Source: Cetorhinus maximus (taxonomy: Eukaryota). Taken from it: DNA of 64,000 nucleotides. Each line of letters opens with the position of its first letter. Positions within the stretch are counted from its first letter, which is position 1. The DNA is taken from positions 29,636,001 to 29,700,000 of the forward strand of contig NC_135901.1 in assembly GCF_964194155.1 (NCBI RefSeq), given 5' to 3'. Below, one piece after another: positions 25,266-38,267 of the stretch. The position numbers were made by a program, and so were the translations under genes. Under the pieces are notes generated by a model. The model ran no database searches. It had not been told where the DNA came from and saw only the letters and a program-made list of their open reading frames with translations.

Positions 25266-25720
25266 TGATGGTGGGTAGCACTCTCGCCTCTGAGTCAGGA
25301 GGTGGGGGGGTTCGAATCCCCACTCCAGAGATCCGAGCCCCTATAATCCAGGGCCCGTACTCCCAGTGCCAGTACTGAGGGAGAGCCGTCCTGTCGGAGG
25401 GACCATCTTTCAAATGAGATATTAACCAAGGGCCCCGTCTGCCCTCTCAGATGAATGTACAAGACTGAATGGTCACAATTGGAAGGAGAGCAGGAGGGGG
25501 AGGAGTTCATCCCCGGTGTCCTGGGGCCCAATATTTATACCCCAACCAACAGCAGTAAAAACATGATCTGGTCATCATCACATTGCTGTCTGTGGGATTT
25601 TGCTGTGCACAAATTGGCTGCCACGTTTCCTATCGTGTCTACACTTCAGAAAGAGCTTCATTGGCAGTGAAACGCATTGAGATACCCTAGGGTAGTGAAA
25701 GGCGCTATATAAATGCAGGT
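25266..25720 (+). mobile_element. tRNA-derived Deu-SINE (SacSINE1-like) with L2-type tail
   Basis: ggtagcactctcgcctctgagtcag...ggttcgaatcc head, Deu-like core, tail gaaaggcgctatataaatgcag. Other copies or heads at 41440-41760 (-), 3540-3610 (-), 17525-17615 (+), 39310-39380 (-). Confidence 0.75.
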
Positions 25721-25979
25721 TTCTTTTTATACTGACACACTCCTATCCTCACAGGCAGTTTGTCCAGCAGGAGCACGAGCCAGCACGAGCCAGCTGACTG
25801 GGGGGCAGGAACTCCCGGTGTGGACCGAAGCTGCTTCCCTTCAGAGGCTACTGAATCCATTGTAGGAAGTGGCCATTTAAAGAGGGAGCCTTGACTTGCC
25901 GGCCTGAGAATCCAGCCCTTTTCCCCCTGTGTAATGCTGGCTGAGAATAGACATCAGGGCTGCTCAATGTACTGAAAGT

Positions 25980-26540
25980 ATCTCTGCCACTGAAGATGGG
26001 CGGAGGTAATGTTTTCATCCCTGTTATTCTGTTTGTCTGTAAACAATTTATCTCACAAACTAACGGATGGATTTTAATAAAACTCAGAACGTTGACAGGA
26101 TATGGCCCACGGAAGAATTGATTTGTTTTTAGCGAAGATCCAAATCCTGGAATTTTTGAAGGGATCCATTCACATTGGGAGATCGGGAGAATTGGCCTTT
26201 TCTTTTTGATTGTTGTAGTTTGTTTTATTTCGAATGTTGATTGTTTTCGAATGTTGTGGATTGTCTCCGCTGCTGGGGTGGAATTTGTCACAGCTGTCAA
26301 AATGTGAGCAGAGTTTTCAGAGCCAGTTATTAGAGTAGAGATGGATGCTGTTAATAAACACGTTTTTTTTCTGCTTTGCAGCTACAGATCATGTTTTCAT
26401 CCCTGTTTGTCTGTCTGAAATACACCTGAAGAACTAACAGATGAATTTGAACAAGCGTGGTACACAAATATGGTCTGGCCCAAGGAAGAAATGACTATAT
26501 TTGGTGAAGATGTGGACCAGATCCAGATCCTGGAATCTTT
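25980..26540 (+). mobile_element. Helentron-associated (HINE/DINE-1-like) non-autonomous element(s)
   Basis: 5' hairpin ctctgcc..ggcggagg followed by taatgttttcatccctgtt, ctgtttgtctgt, ggatggatttt and gatcc motifs. A second internal copy starts at ~26390. Confidence 0.5.
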
Positions 26541-26544
26541 TGTA

Positions 26545-26815
26545 CTCGTTCACAGAGCCCAGTCCTCTGCAGGCAAAAGTAATTTGTCCAGGCATTTCAC
26601 CTTTTCAATTAAACAAAAGCTTGGGGGACAATTATTCCCTGGTGCATTCCCCAAGGCAACCCCTCAACCAATCAGAGTCCATGTGCCAACCAATCAACAC
26701 CCTGCTTTTCAGTCAATATAAATTGTTGTTCCCTTTGACATTTGGTATTCTTGCATCTGTCCTGAAGAGTGCAAGACAAAAAACTTCAACAGCATGTCTC
26801 GTTTTTCAGAAATCC
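26545..26815 (+). mobile_element. Penelope family-2 3' end with decayed hammerhead motif (inverted copy at 48455-48715)
   Basis: gcccagtcctctgcaggcaaaag...tgtcCTGAAGAgtgcaagacaaaaaacttcaaca. Confidence 0.55.
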
Positions 26816-27549
26816 TCGAATTTTTAAAAGCATTTGTTAACATTGGGAGATTAAGTCACCCAATTTTTTTTTCTCCACAACAATTTATTGGAAACAATGA
26901 TAACAAAATGTCATTGCAAAAGTCACATACATTTGCACTAGCAAATTTATTAATTTTAGTGGTAAATGTTCCAGATCCAGATCATTTTCCAGATCTGAAG
27001 ATCAATTCTGTACATGTAGTTAAAAATTCTGTTTACAAACTCACACAAACAAATGTTTCTGCTCACTGCACAATGATAAATCAATGTGCAGCCGTCAGCT
27101 AATCCCACACTCCCAATGAAGTCTCTAGTCTGGTGTCAGCTGATTGTGGAATCACAAACATGCTGATGTCATCTTATGACATCATCACAATAGAATGCAA
27201 CGACATCAGATGATTGTGCAATCCCAATGGAACGCGACGACGTCAGCTTGATTTTAGACATAAGCGGTGTGATGGGAAATGTACAGAACTGGACCAGTTT
27301 TCTTCAATAGAGAAACTCTGCTGCCCGTCTCCCAATTCACACTCAGTCCCGTTCACCTATCGCCTTCTGTGCTCACTGACCGACACTGGCTCCCACTCAA
27401 GCAATTCCTCCATTTTAAAATTCTCCTCCTTGGGCCCAATTTACCTCTGTAAAAGTGAATGGGATGTTGATTGAGCTAAATTCTGGCCCATTCTTTTCAA
27501 ATCCCTCCATGGCCTCCTTTTTTTCAAATCATCACGTGGTCTCACACAC

Positions 27550-27890
27550 TCTCCCCATCTCTGTAATCTTCTCCATTCCTACAACCCTCCGAGATATCTG
27601 TGCTCCACTAATCCTGGCCTCTCCACCATCCCCGGTTTCAATTGCACAGCCACTGGGGACCGTGTCTTCAACTGCCTGGGCCCCACGCTCTGGAATTCCC
27701 TCCCTAAACCTCTCTACCCCTCGATCTTTTGTGCTCCTTCAGGACACTCCTTAAACCTGCCTCTCTGAGCAAGCTACTGGTCATCTGAGCTAATATCTCT
27801 TTATGTGGCTCGGTGTCAACTTCTGTTTTGAAATTGCTCCTGTGAATCTCCTTGGGATGTTTAAAGGTACTATATAAATGCAGGTTGTTT
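27550..27890 (+). mobile_element. L2 LINE 3' fragment (inverted copy at ~47390-47730)
   Basis: G.RVF.CLGPTLWNSLP motif and a tail of the tatataaatgcaggttgttt type. Confidence 0.65.
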
Positions 27891-28534
27891 TTGTTGTAGT
27901 GTTTGAATTATTTTCAGGGGATGCCGCTATCGTTAAGCAGTCAAACACTTTCTAGCTGCATCCAGAAAGAGCTACTGGAAGGCTGTTGGCTATAGTCAGC
28001 CATGCAAGGCTTTGTTCCATGTTTAAATATACAGAGGAGTGGTGACATTGTTATATCGGTCACTCAGAGCTGAACAGAAACCCGTCTCTTTAAATACACA
28101 TACAGGGAAGAGGCTGAAATGAAATCTGTCCCTTTTAACGTGCACAAAAGCAGGAGACTCAGGGTCACAGGCTGCAGAAGGAGTCCATTCTGCCCATTGT
28201 GCCCCTACCATCTCTTTGAAAGGACTCTCTAATTGATCCAACTGCTCTGCTTTTTCCCCTTGGCCCTGCAAATTGCCAGTTACCTCAGAGGGACTCACTT
28301 TCTGTTAAAGAGCAAGCCAACCCCTCTCACCCACTTTCCCGAAAGTGCAGAAAACTAATCATGAAAAATCCAGAAAAATCAAATATTTTTACTGATATAA
28401 GTTTATTGATAAAACAGAACAAGGTTAAAAGAAAACAGAAAATTACTTGAGGATCAAAGACAACCAGAGTAAAAGGATGTGCACAATGTTTTGGACCCAA
28501 ATGGTTTCTCTTTAATTCATCTGTCCCCTGTTCC

Positions 28535-29135
28535 CTGCCCTCTTTGTGGAACACCTCCACTCAGTCCACAAGCATGACCCTGACCTTCCAATTGCTGCCA
28601 TTATAATTCATCACCTTGCTCTCATGCTCACATTTCTGTCCTCGGCCTGCTGCAATGTTCCCGAGAGGCCCAGCACAAGCTGGACGAACAGCACCTCATC
28701 CTCCGATGAGACACTTTACAGCCTTCTGGACTCAACATTGAGTTCAACAACTTCAGACCGTCAACTCTGTCCTCTGTTTTGATTCTGTTTTGCCAAGTGC
28801 CAGTCTGCATCTTCTTTTCATGATTTTTGCTTTCAGACAGAGCTGTCCTTTATTCTGCCATTAGTACTTACTCTGGACCAATGCTTTGTTTCTTTACTAC
28901 AACCATTATCACTCCCTTTGCCTTTTCTTCCTTGATATATTTGTTATCTAATCTCGCCCGCCCTCTAACCAATCCCTGACTTTCCCTTTTCTTCTACTGG
29001 GCCCTCCCCACTTTCTCAACAGTTTCAAACCCCCTCTGAAATTCTGGAGGAGTCATATTGGACTCGAAACATTTACTCTGTTTCTCTCTCCAAAGATGCT
29101 GCCAGACCTGCTGAGTTTTTCCAGCACGTTCTGTA
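28535..29135 (+). mobile_element. Penelope family-1 3' fragment abutting the G5 poly(A) signal (inverted, internally deleted copy at 46535-46745)
   Basis: EHLHSVHKHDPDLP GIY-YIG remnant, decayed hammerhead at ~29040-29078, gatgctgccagacctgctgag end. Confidence 0.75.
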
Positions 29136-29393
29136 TTTATTTTAGATCTACCTTGTAATGGTAGCAAAATACACTATTTACTATCCGGGATAAAATAAAT
29201 GTCCATCATCAGCTTTTGTGGATCATTTCAGTGGAAATGTGCACTCCCAGGCTCAAAGAGCATCAGCCACTGGAAGCAAAGTTGTGAGACCGGCCTGTCC
29301 AGCAGAAAGAAACCCTCCGACCCTCCCACTTCACCAAGTGTCAGAATGAACATGGTTCAGTCCTGGATTAAAAGCAGAATCCAACTCCTGGAA

Positions 29394-30152
29394 TCACTTG
29401 TGAACTTGTTGGTGTCTCAGCCGGCTAGATAAATGAGTGAATCCCTTCCCACACTCAGAGCAGGTGAATGGCCTCTCTCCAGTGTGAATTCGCTGGTGTG
29501 CCTGCAGGTGGGATAACTGAGTGAATCCCTTCCCACACTCGGAGCAGGTGAACGGCCTCTCCCCGGTGTGAACTCGCTGGTGTGTCAGCAGGGTGGATGA
29601 AACAGTAAATCCCTTCCCACACTCGGAGCAGATGAAGGGTCTCTCCCCTGTGTGAACCGCCTTGTGTTTTTTAAGGTCAGATGAATTACTGAATCCTTTC
29701 CCACACTCGGAGCAGGTGAATGGTCTCTCCCCTGTGTGAACTCGCTGATGTCTCAGTAGGTTGGATGATTCAGTGAATGCCTTGCCACACACAGAGCAGA
29801 TGAACGGCCTCTCCCCGGTGTGAACTCGCTGATGTGTCAGTAGGTGGGTTGAATTACTGAATCCCTTCCCACAATCGAGGCAGATGAATGGCCTCTCCCC
29901 CATGTGAACTCGCTGGTGTGTCAGCAGAGAGGATGAATGAGTGAATCCCTTCCCACACTCGTAGCACGTGAACGGCCTCTCCCTGGTGTGAACTTGCTGG
30001 TGTCTCAGTAATGTAGATGAATGAGTGAATCTCTTCATACACGCAGGGCAGGTGAACGGCCTCTCCACAGTGTGACTGTGTCGATGAATCTCCATCTCAG
30101 ATGGGGATTTGAATCCCTTCCCACAGTCACCACATTTCCACGGTTTCTCCAT
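29394..30152 (-). CDS. C2H2 zinc-finger gene G5, 9 fingers, intact ORF (252 aa)
   Basis: ORF track 29394..30185. Conserved ACCATGG at 30152, nine 28-aa fingers, conserved 3' UTR with AATAAA at ~29136-29141 (-). Confidence 0.9.
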   Translation of the reverse strand: MEKPWKCGDCGKGFKSPSEMEIHRHSHTVERPFTCPACMKRFTHSSTLLRHQQVHTRERPFTCYECGKGFTHSSSLLTHQRVHMGERPFICLDCGKGFSNSTHLLTHQRVHTGERPFICSVCGKAFTESSNLLRHQRVHTGERPFTCSECGKGFSNSSDLKKHKAVHTGERPFICSECGKGFTVSSTLLTHQRVHTGERPFTCSECGKGFTQLSHLQAHQRIHTGERPFTCSECGKGFTHLSSRLRHQQVHK

Positions 30153-31729
30153 GGTGCAGGTGTCCTTGTGTCTCTCCAGTTCCAATGATTAGTTGAAACC
30201 TCGTCCTCACGCAGAACATATATAATGTCTCCCCTCACTGTGAATGGTGTAATGTTTTTTCAGTCTGTGTAACTGGTGAAAGCTCTTTCCACAGTCAGTG
30301 CACCAGAACACTCTCACTCGGGTGTGTGGGTCTCAGTGCTTTTTTGGTCAAAATGTTGTTTAAAATTTCTCGAAGCAGGCAGAACAGACAAACACTTCTT
30401 CTAGATTTAAAGGCCAATGATATTCAGGTCGCGATGAACCGAGTGACTCTGTCAGATCTTGATGTAAAGTTTGTTTTAAGATTTGCAAATCCTCCCCTTC
30501 TAATATCCTGTAAAAGGAGTTTACTCTCAGTACAGGATAGACATTCAGAACAGGCAATTCTAGTTTCTAAGGAACGTTCTTTCCTCTCTCGTTCCCCAAA
30601 AACTGTAAATCTGCTTCACACACACTCTCCCTCCATTCTCACTCTGCTGTATCTAACATACACCCAGCAGGGCTGCACTAAAAATGTGTGTAATATACAG
30701 TGTTAGGGTCGAAACAGTGAACTGTCAAGGAGTGTTTCAGTTGGTAATTGTAGCTTAATTGACAAGTATCTCACTGGGTGTATCTAAAGGGGAAACAGGT
30801 GAGATAATGTGTGTGTAGAATTGTGCGTGTGCTGAAATAAAACTCTGCTTGAAGAAGCAAAGTCCTGGTTTCTGTGTTTATTATCAAGCAGCCATCGGAG
30901 CTTAACATACAGTGCTCCATTACTTGATTAGGGACAGATGGGTCTGTTAGGGAGAACTTTATTTCGCCAGTGAGTGCTGATGACCTGGATCTCACTGTCT
31001 ACGAGGGTGGTGGGAGCAGAGACCGTCAATAATTTCAAAACAAAATTGGATGAACAGACGAAGGAAATAATCTTGCAGGGGAACAGGGATATAGAGGGGG
31101 AATGGGACTGAGTGAATTGCTCTGCAGAGAGTCGGCATGGGCTCAAGTTGCAGAATGGACTCCTTCTGTGCTGTAATGATTCTATGACTGGATATTCATA
31201 ACGTAGCTACAGTACTGTAGGAACTGGGAATAGGAATGATAGTAAATAAACTCTTTTACAGAACCAGAATTAATATATTTAAAATGTTTCCCATCACAGC
31301 ATTAGACATATCTATGTCCTATATTATTGTATTGTCCAGGGGGCAGAACTCTTACAAAATAAAATAAGGAACACGTCAGCCATGGGGCTGGAGGCATGGC
31401 TGGGGTTGTGGTGCTGGTGACCAAGAGAGCAGTTTGTTGGGGGTTGCGGATTTCAATATGAGAAGGGCTGGGGAGAAGGGGTCTTGAGATAATAATAGTG
31501 GGAGGGGTGGAGGTTAAAGTTAACCAAAACTTACAACTTATTTTGTTCGGTCAGAATATCATCATCTCCCTGCTGGCCAACTCACTCACTTGCCGTCTCA
31601 CTTAAACTCAGTCTGGAGACTCCCGGGGTCAGTTTCCCACCAGCTGTCCTAGAAATACGGGGCAAAAGGCAAAATAAGGGGCAATCTCTTAAAATACAGG
31701 ACAGTTAATTACCCTGAAATTGTCCCCTT

Positions 31730-32640
31730 AAATGTCAGCCATCTCCTGGGGAAACCACCCCTTAAATTGTGAACATTAGGAAAGAGACCATCCTTTTAGC
31801 CAGACAAATAAATGTGTCAAGCTGAGGGAACAAAGGATGTCAATGTCTTTAAGAGAGAGAGAGAGAGACCTGGGCCAACCTTTCCAGAGTCTGCACCCTC
31901 CCTGGATTCAATTCCTTTCCCTTCAGTTCCTGCAAGTCAACAATTTCCCCCCAGAATGAGAAAAGAAATGGAAAGGGGGATAAAAGAAAGTGTTTTACTC
32001 ACAGATGTTGGACACAGGAGAAAGTTTTAGTCTGTGTGAAGCTCAATCTTCATTCACACAAAGCTCACGCACTGTTTGGCTGGAGGACCAGAGTCCTTCC
32101 GGTCCTCCAACTCTTCCCAATGGTCAATCTCCAGCATGAGGACAATGGAGCAGCGGAAGCCGTCGTGGGCGCCGGGGACCCTCGTGACGGATGAGGGCTT
32201 GGTCAATGGGCAATCCGCCTCTGCACATGCGCAGCTTCCCCTCTCCCTCGGACTTGCGCAGCTTCCCCTCTCCTTCGGACATGCGCAGCTGCCCCTCTCC
32301 CTCGGACATGCGCAGTCATAGGCCGCCCGCCAGCGCGGCGGACAGAGCGGTTTCTCCAGCGCGGGGTATTGTGGGAGCTTCTGCCGCCATTACTCATCCG
32401 GAGCCCAGTCCCCAAACTCCTGGGACTGGGATGGAAAGTGGGGGTGGGGGACGCAGTGACCCCGCCCTGTCACAAAGTACATGGAGGTAGTCACTGGATT
32501 TGATTGTGACATCCTCTTAGCAACACAGTTTGTTAACTTCAGGTGTAAAAATTTAGACACCTGGGTGACATATTGGGGAGGGCAATAGGTGAGTGTGAAA
32601 CTGAACCCGAGAGTCAGCACCTTAAAGGAGGAGAACTGGG
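31730..32640. promoter_or_regulatory. Promoter/exon-1 module P5 (drives G5), with a triplicated 27-bp NRF1-site unit
   Basis: Module homology. catgcgcagcttcccctctccctcgga three times at 32226-32306. Divergent donor caatag|gtgagt at 32589. Confidence 0.8.
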
Positions 32641-33049
32641 GGAAAAGCCGGAGGAGGATAGTAGCATCAATTAGGGTTACAATGAATAGGGAGGAAGGAG
32701 TGTGAGGGGGGCAAAGATTTATAGTTAGAGAAGGAGAAGGATTCTGCTGTTATTGCTGCTGTTTTCCAGATTCAGGAGCAAACCATGACCGTTGGGGTTT
32801 ATTTCTGCTCATGTTAATAACCCCTGTAACTGAGCTGGAGTTTAATGTTCTGAATGTAAGTGGAATTAATCAGCTTTGGATTGAACACCCTGTGTCATAT
32901 CCTTGATGTGGGATAGGTTGGGACTGCTGATTTGCTGGGTGAGCAGTGTCTCTTTATGAACTGCTGTTTGTGATCTCTCCTCATTCCTTCAGGTACTCTC
33001 AGCTGAAATTATTTTCCAATAAAACAGTTCACTTTCAGCACCACATCCT

Positions 33050-33295
33050 AAGGTTAGGTTTAGCGTTAAGTTCAGGTTAGGTTTAAGTTTAGGGTTATGG
33101 TTAGGCTTAGGGTTAGGACTATGGCTGGGTTTAGGGTTATGATTAGGTTTAGCGTTAGGTTTAGAGTTATGGTTAACGTTAGTGTTATGGGTAGGTTCAG
33201 GGTTAGGTTTAGGTTTAGGGTTACCGTTTGGGTTATGGTTAGGTTCTGGGTTAGGTTTAGGTTTAGGATTAGGGTTAGTGTTAGTGTTAGGTTAA
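33050..33295 (+). repeat. Degenerate telomere-like array (TTAGGG/TTAGGT/TTATGG), G-rich on the plus strand
   Basis: Direct inspection. Confidence 0.9.
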
Positions 33296-35489
33296 GGACA
33301 TATGCTTCAAGCAACAGATCAAGCATGGATGTAAAAGATTCTCCAGCTCTCTCCTTACCTCTGTCCAACTTGTGGACAGTTCTCACTCAGTATTATTTCT
33401 CCCAAGCCCTTAATTGTCCTAATCCAAATTTTTTATCACTTTTACTTCAGTTTTACTCACTTTGTGACCATGACCAGTGTGTTTAATTCTATCCTGACTA
33501 TTTTAAAGTCAATTTCTCTCTGGAGTGTGTGTCAGTGCCTTGATGATGTCAAAATGTTCTCATTCCTCTGGCCACATTAACCATTTGACGTCATGCTGTT
33601 TGTCAAGTAGCTGTGTATGTTTGGGACCCATCCCTCAGTGCATTTCACCAGGAATTTCCCAGTATTATTTGGTTACCATGTAATGATTCACATCTGCACA
33701 CTATAGCACGTTACACATTCTTGCCTTTCAGGCCATCTTATCAAAAGGTCAAAGTGGATGTCTGTCTCGAGATCATCACTTATCTCTCCCAACATGGTCC
33801 TGATATTTCAGGCAGTGGCCAGGCTCTCAAATGTGCTTTACTTTTAAAAAATAAGTTCACAGGCAAAGGATACAAATATAGGCAACAGAAAGTGATCAGC
33901 TTATTCATTTCACCTATAATTTCACTGGAATGTAGGCGGATACCAAGTTGATATATTCCACTGAACGAAACCCAAGGTGAGTTATTCTGATTACTTTACC
34001 GTCCAGTACAATATTTTTAGAATATCTTGAAACAGAAATTAAACATTCCCATTGCATTTCAGTTATTAACATATTCTGTTTGTATGTCCTTTATTTTAAA
34101 TGACAGACCGGGGTTATTCTCCTTGGAGCAAAGGAGGTTGAGGGGAGATTTGATGGAGGTGTACAAGATTATGACAGGTTTAGATAAGGTGGACAAAGAA
34201 AAGCTGTTCCCGTTAGCTGATGGCTCAAGACGAGGGGACACAGAGTGATGTTTCTCGGCAGGAGATGCAGGGAGGAGGTGAGGAAGCACATTTCTACACA
34301 GTGAGTGGTAATGAGCTGGAACTCACTGTCTGTGAGGATTGAGGATGGTGCAATTGGAGAAGATGACTGATTTCAAAGGGAAATTGGATGGGCACCTGCA
34401 AGGAATAAACTTTCACGGATAGGGTAATAGAATGAGGCAATTGGGCTGACTGCTTTCCTCTACAGAGTTGGCATTCACTCGATGGGCTGAATGGCCTATT
34501 CCTCTCCCCTCATGACTTTGTGATCAAAAAAGCGAAATTTCAGCTGCTCCAGTCTCTCTAACTAACTGAAGTCCCTCATCCCTGGTGCCATTCTTGTAAA
34601 TCTCTTCTGCACCCTCTCGAAGAACTTCATATCTTTTCCAAAGTGTGGAGCCCAGATATAGGGTTCCATTCTAGAGAGGTAGAATTGAAAAGCAGGGAGG
34701 TTATGTTCAACTTGTTTCGAACCATGGTTAGACTACACTGGGAGTACTGTCAACATTTGTCATCTCCATTTAGAAAAAGGAAATAGAGGCATTGGAGAAG
34801 GGGCAACAAAGATTCACAAGTGTAATCCCAGAACTGAGAGCATTTAACCCTCAGGAAAGGCTGGGGCTGCTTTTCTCTAGAAAAGAGAAGACTGAAGGGT
34901 GACCTGATGGAAGTCCTTAATATTATGAAGAGGTTCAATAATCCAATAGGGATTTCATGAGAAACCTCTTTACCCAGCGAGTGGTGAGAACGTGGAACTC
35001 ACTACCACAGCGAGTGATTGAGGTGAATAGCTTGAATACATTTAAGGGGAAGCTAGATACATACATGAGGGAGAAAGGAATAGAAGGATATTCTGATGGG
35101 GGGAGATGAAGAGGGGTGGGTGGAGGCTCTTGCGTAGCATAAATACTGACAAAGACCAATTGAGCCGACTGGCCTGGCCCTGTGCTGTAGACTCAATGGA
35201 ACAGAGACAAATATATTTATTTTAGATCTACCTGTGGTGGTAGGAAAAACACTATGTACTGTCCAGGATAAAATAAATGTACTTCATCAGCTTTTGTGGG
35301 TCATTTCAGTGGAAATGTCCACTTCCAGACTCAAAGAACATCAGCCACTGGAAGCAAAGTCATGAGACCAGCCAGTCCAGCAGAAAGAAACCCTCCGACC
35401 CTCCCACTTTGCCAACTGTCTGAATGAACATGCTTCAGACCTGGATGTAATTAACAGCAGCAGTAACAGCAGAATCCAACCCCTGGAAT

Positions 35490-36156
35490 CACTTTCACCT
35501 GGTGTCTCAGCAGGTTGGATAAATGAGTAAATCCCTTCCCACAACAGAGCAGGTGAACGGCATCTCCCCAGTGTGAACTCGCTGGTGTCTCAGCAGGCCG
35601 GGTAAAATCATTGAATCCCTTCCCACACTCAGCAGCTGACAGGTCTCTCCTCAGTGTGAATGCGCTGGTGGCTCTCCAGTTCCTGAGAGCTTTTGAAGCC
35701 ACTTCCACAGTCTGATCATTTAAACGGTCTCTCATTCGTGTGAGTGACATGGTGTCGTAGGAGGTGGGAAAATTGCTTGAATCCCATTGCACACTCAGAG
35801 CAGGTGAATGGCCTTTTCCCGGTCTGAACTCATTGCTGTGTCAGTAGGTGGGATGAATCTCTGAATCCCTTCCCACACTCAGAGCAGGTGAATGGCCTCT
35901 CCCCGCTGTGAACTCGCTGGTGTGTCAGCAGGATGGATAACTGAGTGAATCCCTTCCCACACGCAGAGCAGATGAATGGCCACTCCCCAGAGTGAACTTG
36001 ACAGTGCCTCCACAGGGCAGATGAATCACTGAATCCTTTCCCACACTCAGAGCAGATGACCGGCCTGTTCCCAGTGTGACTACGTCGATGAGTTTCCAGC
36101 TTGAATGGGTACTTGAATCCCTTCCCACTGTCCCCACATGTCCACGGTTTCTCCAT
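35490..36156 (-). pseudogene. ZNF pseudogene G6 (stop at 35830, frameshifts downstream)
   Basis: ORF track 35830..36192. First finger lacks a Cys. Decayed fingers to ~35490, then the conserved 3' UTR. Paralogue of G11. Confidence 0.75.
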
Positions 36157-36992
36157 GGTGCGCCTGTCCTTGTGTCTTTCAAGGTTTGACAATCAGATGT
36201 AGCATTGTTTGCACACAGAACATGTGTACAGTCTCTTCCCGCTGGGAATGGTGAGGTTTTTTCAGGCTGTGTAACTGGTTAAAGCTCTTTCCACAGTCAG
36301 TGCACTGGAAACACTCTCACTCAGGTGTGTGTGCCTCTCGGTGCTTTTCCAGTCACACTGGTGTTTAAAACCGTTCAAAGCGGACAGAGCAGACAAACAT
36401 TTCCCCTTCGAGATTCAAAGGCTGATGATGTTTTCATTCCCCAAAAGCTGTAAATCTCCAACCCACACACTCTCCCTCCATTCTCACTCTGCTGTACCTC
36501 ACATAACCCCTCCCAATTCTCCGAAAGGTGCTGATTCATGCTGATCGACAGATCAATGCTGATTGCTTGTTCCCCCTGGACACAGAGATCTGAAAATCTT
36601 CCTGCATCATCATTGGGACAGTATCACTTGGTTAAGACACAGGGGCGATGTGAAGAAGCAGGTGGTCATGACCTTGAACTCGCGGCCTACGAGGATGGTG
36701 GAAGCAGAGACAATCAATGATTTCAAAATCAAACTGGGTGGACACTTGAAGGAAATAAACTTGCAGGGGATTAGGGATATAGAGGGGCAATGGGACTGAC
36801 TGGATCGCTCTGCAGAGAGTCAGCATGGATTCAGTTGCCAAATGGACTCCTTCTATGCCGTAATGACTCTGACTGAAAATATATAACCTAGTTACAGTAC
36901 TATATTACAAGATTAGAAATAATAATAAAATGTATCTTATTACTGAACCATAAATAATATATCTAATATGTACCATATAACATTAGCCATAT

Positions 36993-37122
36993 TGAAAGAG
37001 TCAAAAGGACTCGAAACGCTAACTTTTTTTTCTCCACAGATGCTGTTAGACTTGCTAAGTTTTTCCAGAATTTTCTGTTTTTCTTTCAGATTTCTAGCAA
37101 CCGCAGTATTTTGCTTCTATCT
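36993..37122 (+). mobile_element. Short Penelope family-1 terminal fragment in intron 1 of G6
   Basis: gagtcaaaaggactcgaaacgctaac...gatgctgttagacttgctaagtttttccag. Imperfect TSD ttagccatat/ttagacattt. Confidence 0.6.
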
Positions 37123-37159
37123 TAGACATTTCTCTGTCCTACATTAATTTACTGTCCCC

Positions 37160-37945
37160 TTAAATGTCAGCCATCTCCTGGGGAAACCACCCCTTTCATT
37201 GTCAACATTAGGAAAGAGACCATCCTTTTAGCCAGACAAATAAATGTGTCAAGCTGAGCGAGCAAAGGATGTCAATGTCTTTAAGAGAGAGAGAGAGACT
37301 TGGGCCAACCTTTCCAGAGTCTGCACCCTCCCTGGATTCACTTCCTTTCCCTTCAGTTCCTGCAAGTCAACAATTTGCCCCCAGAATGAGAAAAGAAATG
37401 GAAAGGGGGAGAAAAGAAAGTGTTTTACTCACAGATGTTGGACACAGGAGGAAGTTTTAGTCTGTGTGAAGCTCAATCTTCATTCACACAAAGCCCGCGC
37501 TCTGATTGGCTGGAAGACCAGAGTCCTTCCGGTCCTCCAATTCTTCCCACTGGTCGATTCCTCAGCATGAAGAGAATGGGGAAATTGGAGGAAGAGGGGT
37601 GGGGGGGTGCGGGAAGGCGGCTCTGCACCGCACATGCGCAGCTTCCCCTCTCCTTGGACTTGCGCAGACCCGGGCCGCCCACCCGCGCGGCGGATAGAGC
37701 GGTGTCCTCAGCGCGGGGCATTGTGGGATCTACGGCCGCCATTACTTATCCGGAGCCCATTCTCCAAACTCCTGGGACTGGGATGGAAAGTGGGGGTGGG
37801 GGGCGCAGTGACCCCACCCTGACACAAAGTACATGTGGGTAGTTGCTGGATTTGATCGTGATGCTCCCTTCGCAAAGCAGTTTGTTAACTTCAGGTGTGA
37901 AGGTTTAGACACCTGGGTGACATACTGAGCAGGGCAACAGGTGAA
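37160..37945. promoter_or_regulatory. Bidirectional promoter module P6 between G6 (-) and G7 (+)
   Basis: Staf/ZNF143-consensus TCCCACAATGCCCCGCG (rc ~37712-37729), gcacatgcgca, gccgccatt. Donors on both strands (~37431 minus, 37941 plus). Confidence 0.8.
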
Positions 37946-38267
37946 TTAGGGTTACAATCAATCGGGAGGAGGGACTGTATGGGGTGTGGGGAAGGTGAAT
38001 TTTAACAGCACAGAAGGAGGCTATTCGGCCCATCGTGTCTGCACCAGCTCTCCAAATGAGTATCATGACCTAGTGCCATTGCTCAGCCTTTTCCCAGTAC
38101 CCCTGCGCATTGTTACAATCCATAAGGAGTGAATGTTGTTGTGGTGTTGGGGGAAGTGCAGAGATTTTTAGTTTGAGAGGGAGAAGGATGTCCTGTGAGA
38201 ACTGGAATCGACAGTCCTGGTTTTCCACCCTTTACTTCTGTAATCGTTTCTAATCTCCGTTTACAAG

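Noticed and set aside
25266-25330. tRNA gene
   Set aside because: The A/B-box-like head runs into a SINE body. No complete cloverleaf.
29394-30152. Assigning a mammalian ZNF gene symbol or a KRAB/SET domain
   Set aside because: No KRAB, SCAN, BTB or SET sequence is visible, and orthology cannot be inferred from generic fingers.
37244-37570. Recurrent MCQAE...RETWANLSRVCTLPGFTSFPFSSCK ORFs
   Set aside because: They occur antisense across intron 1 and exon 1, and their frame depends on the (GA)n length. Recurrence reflects DNA duplication.
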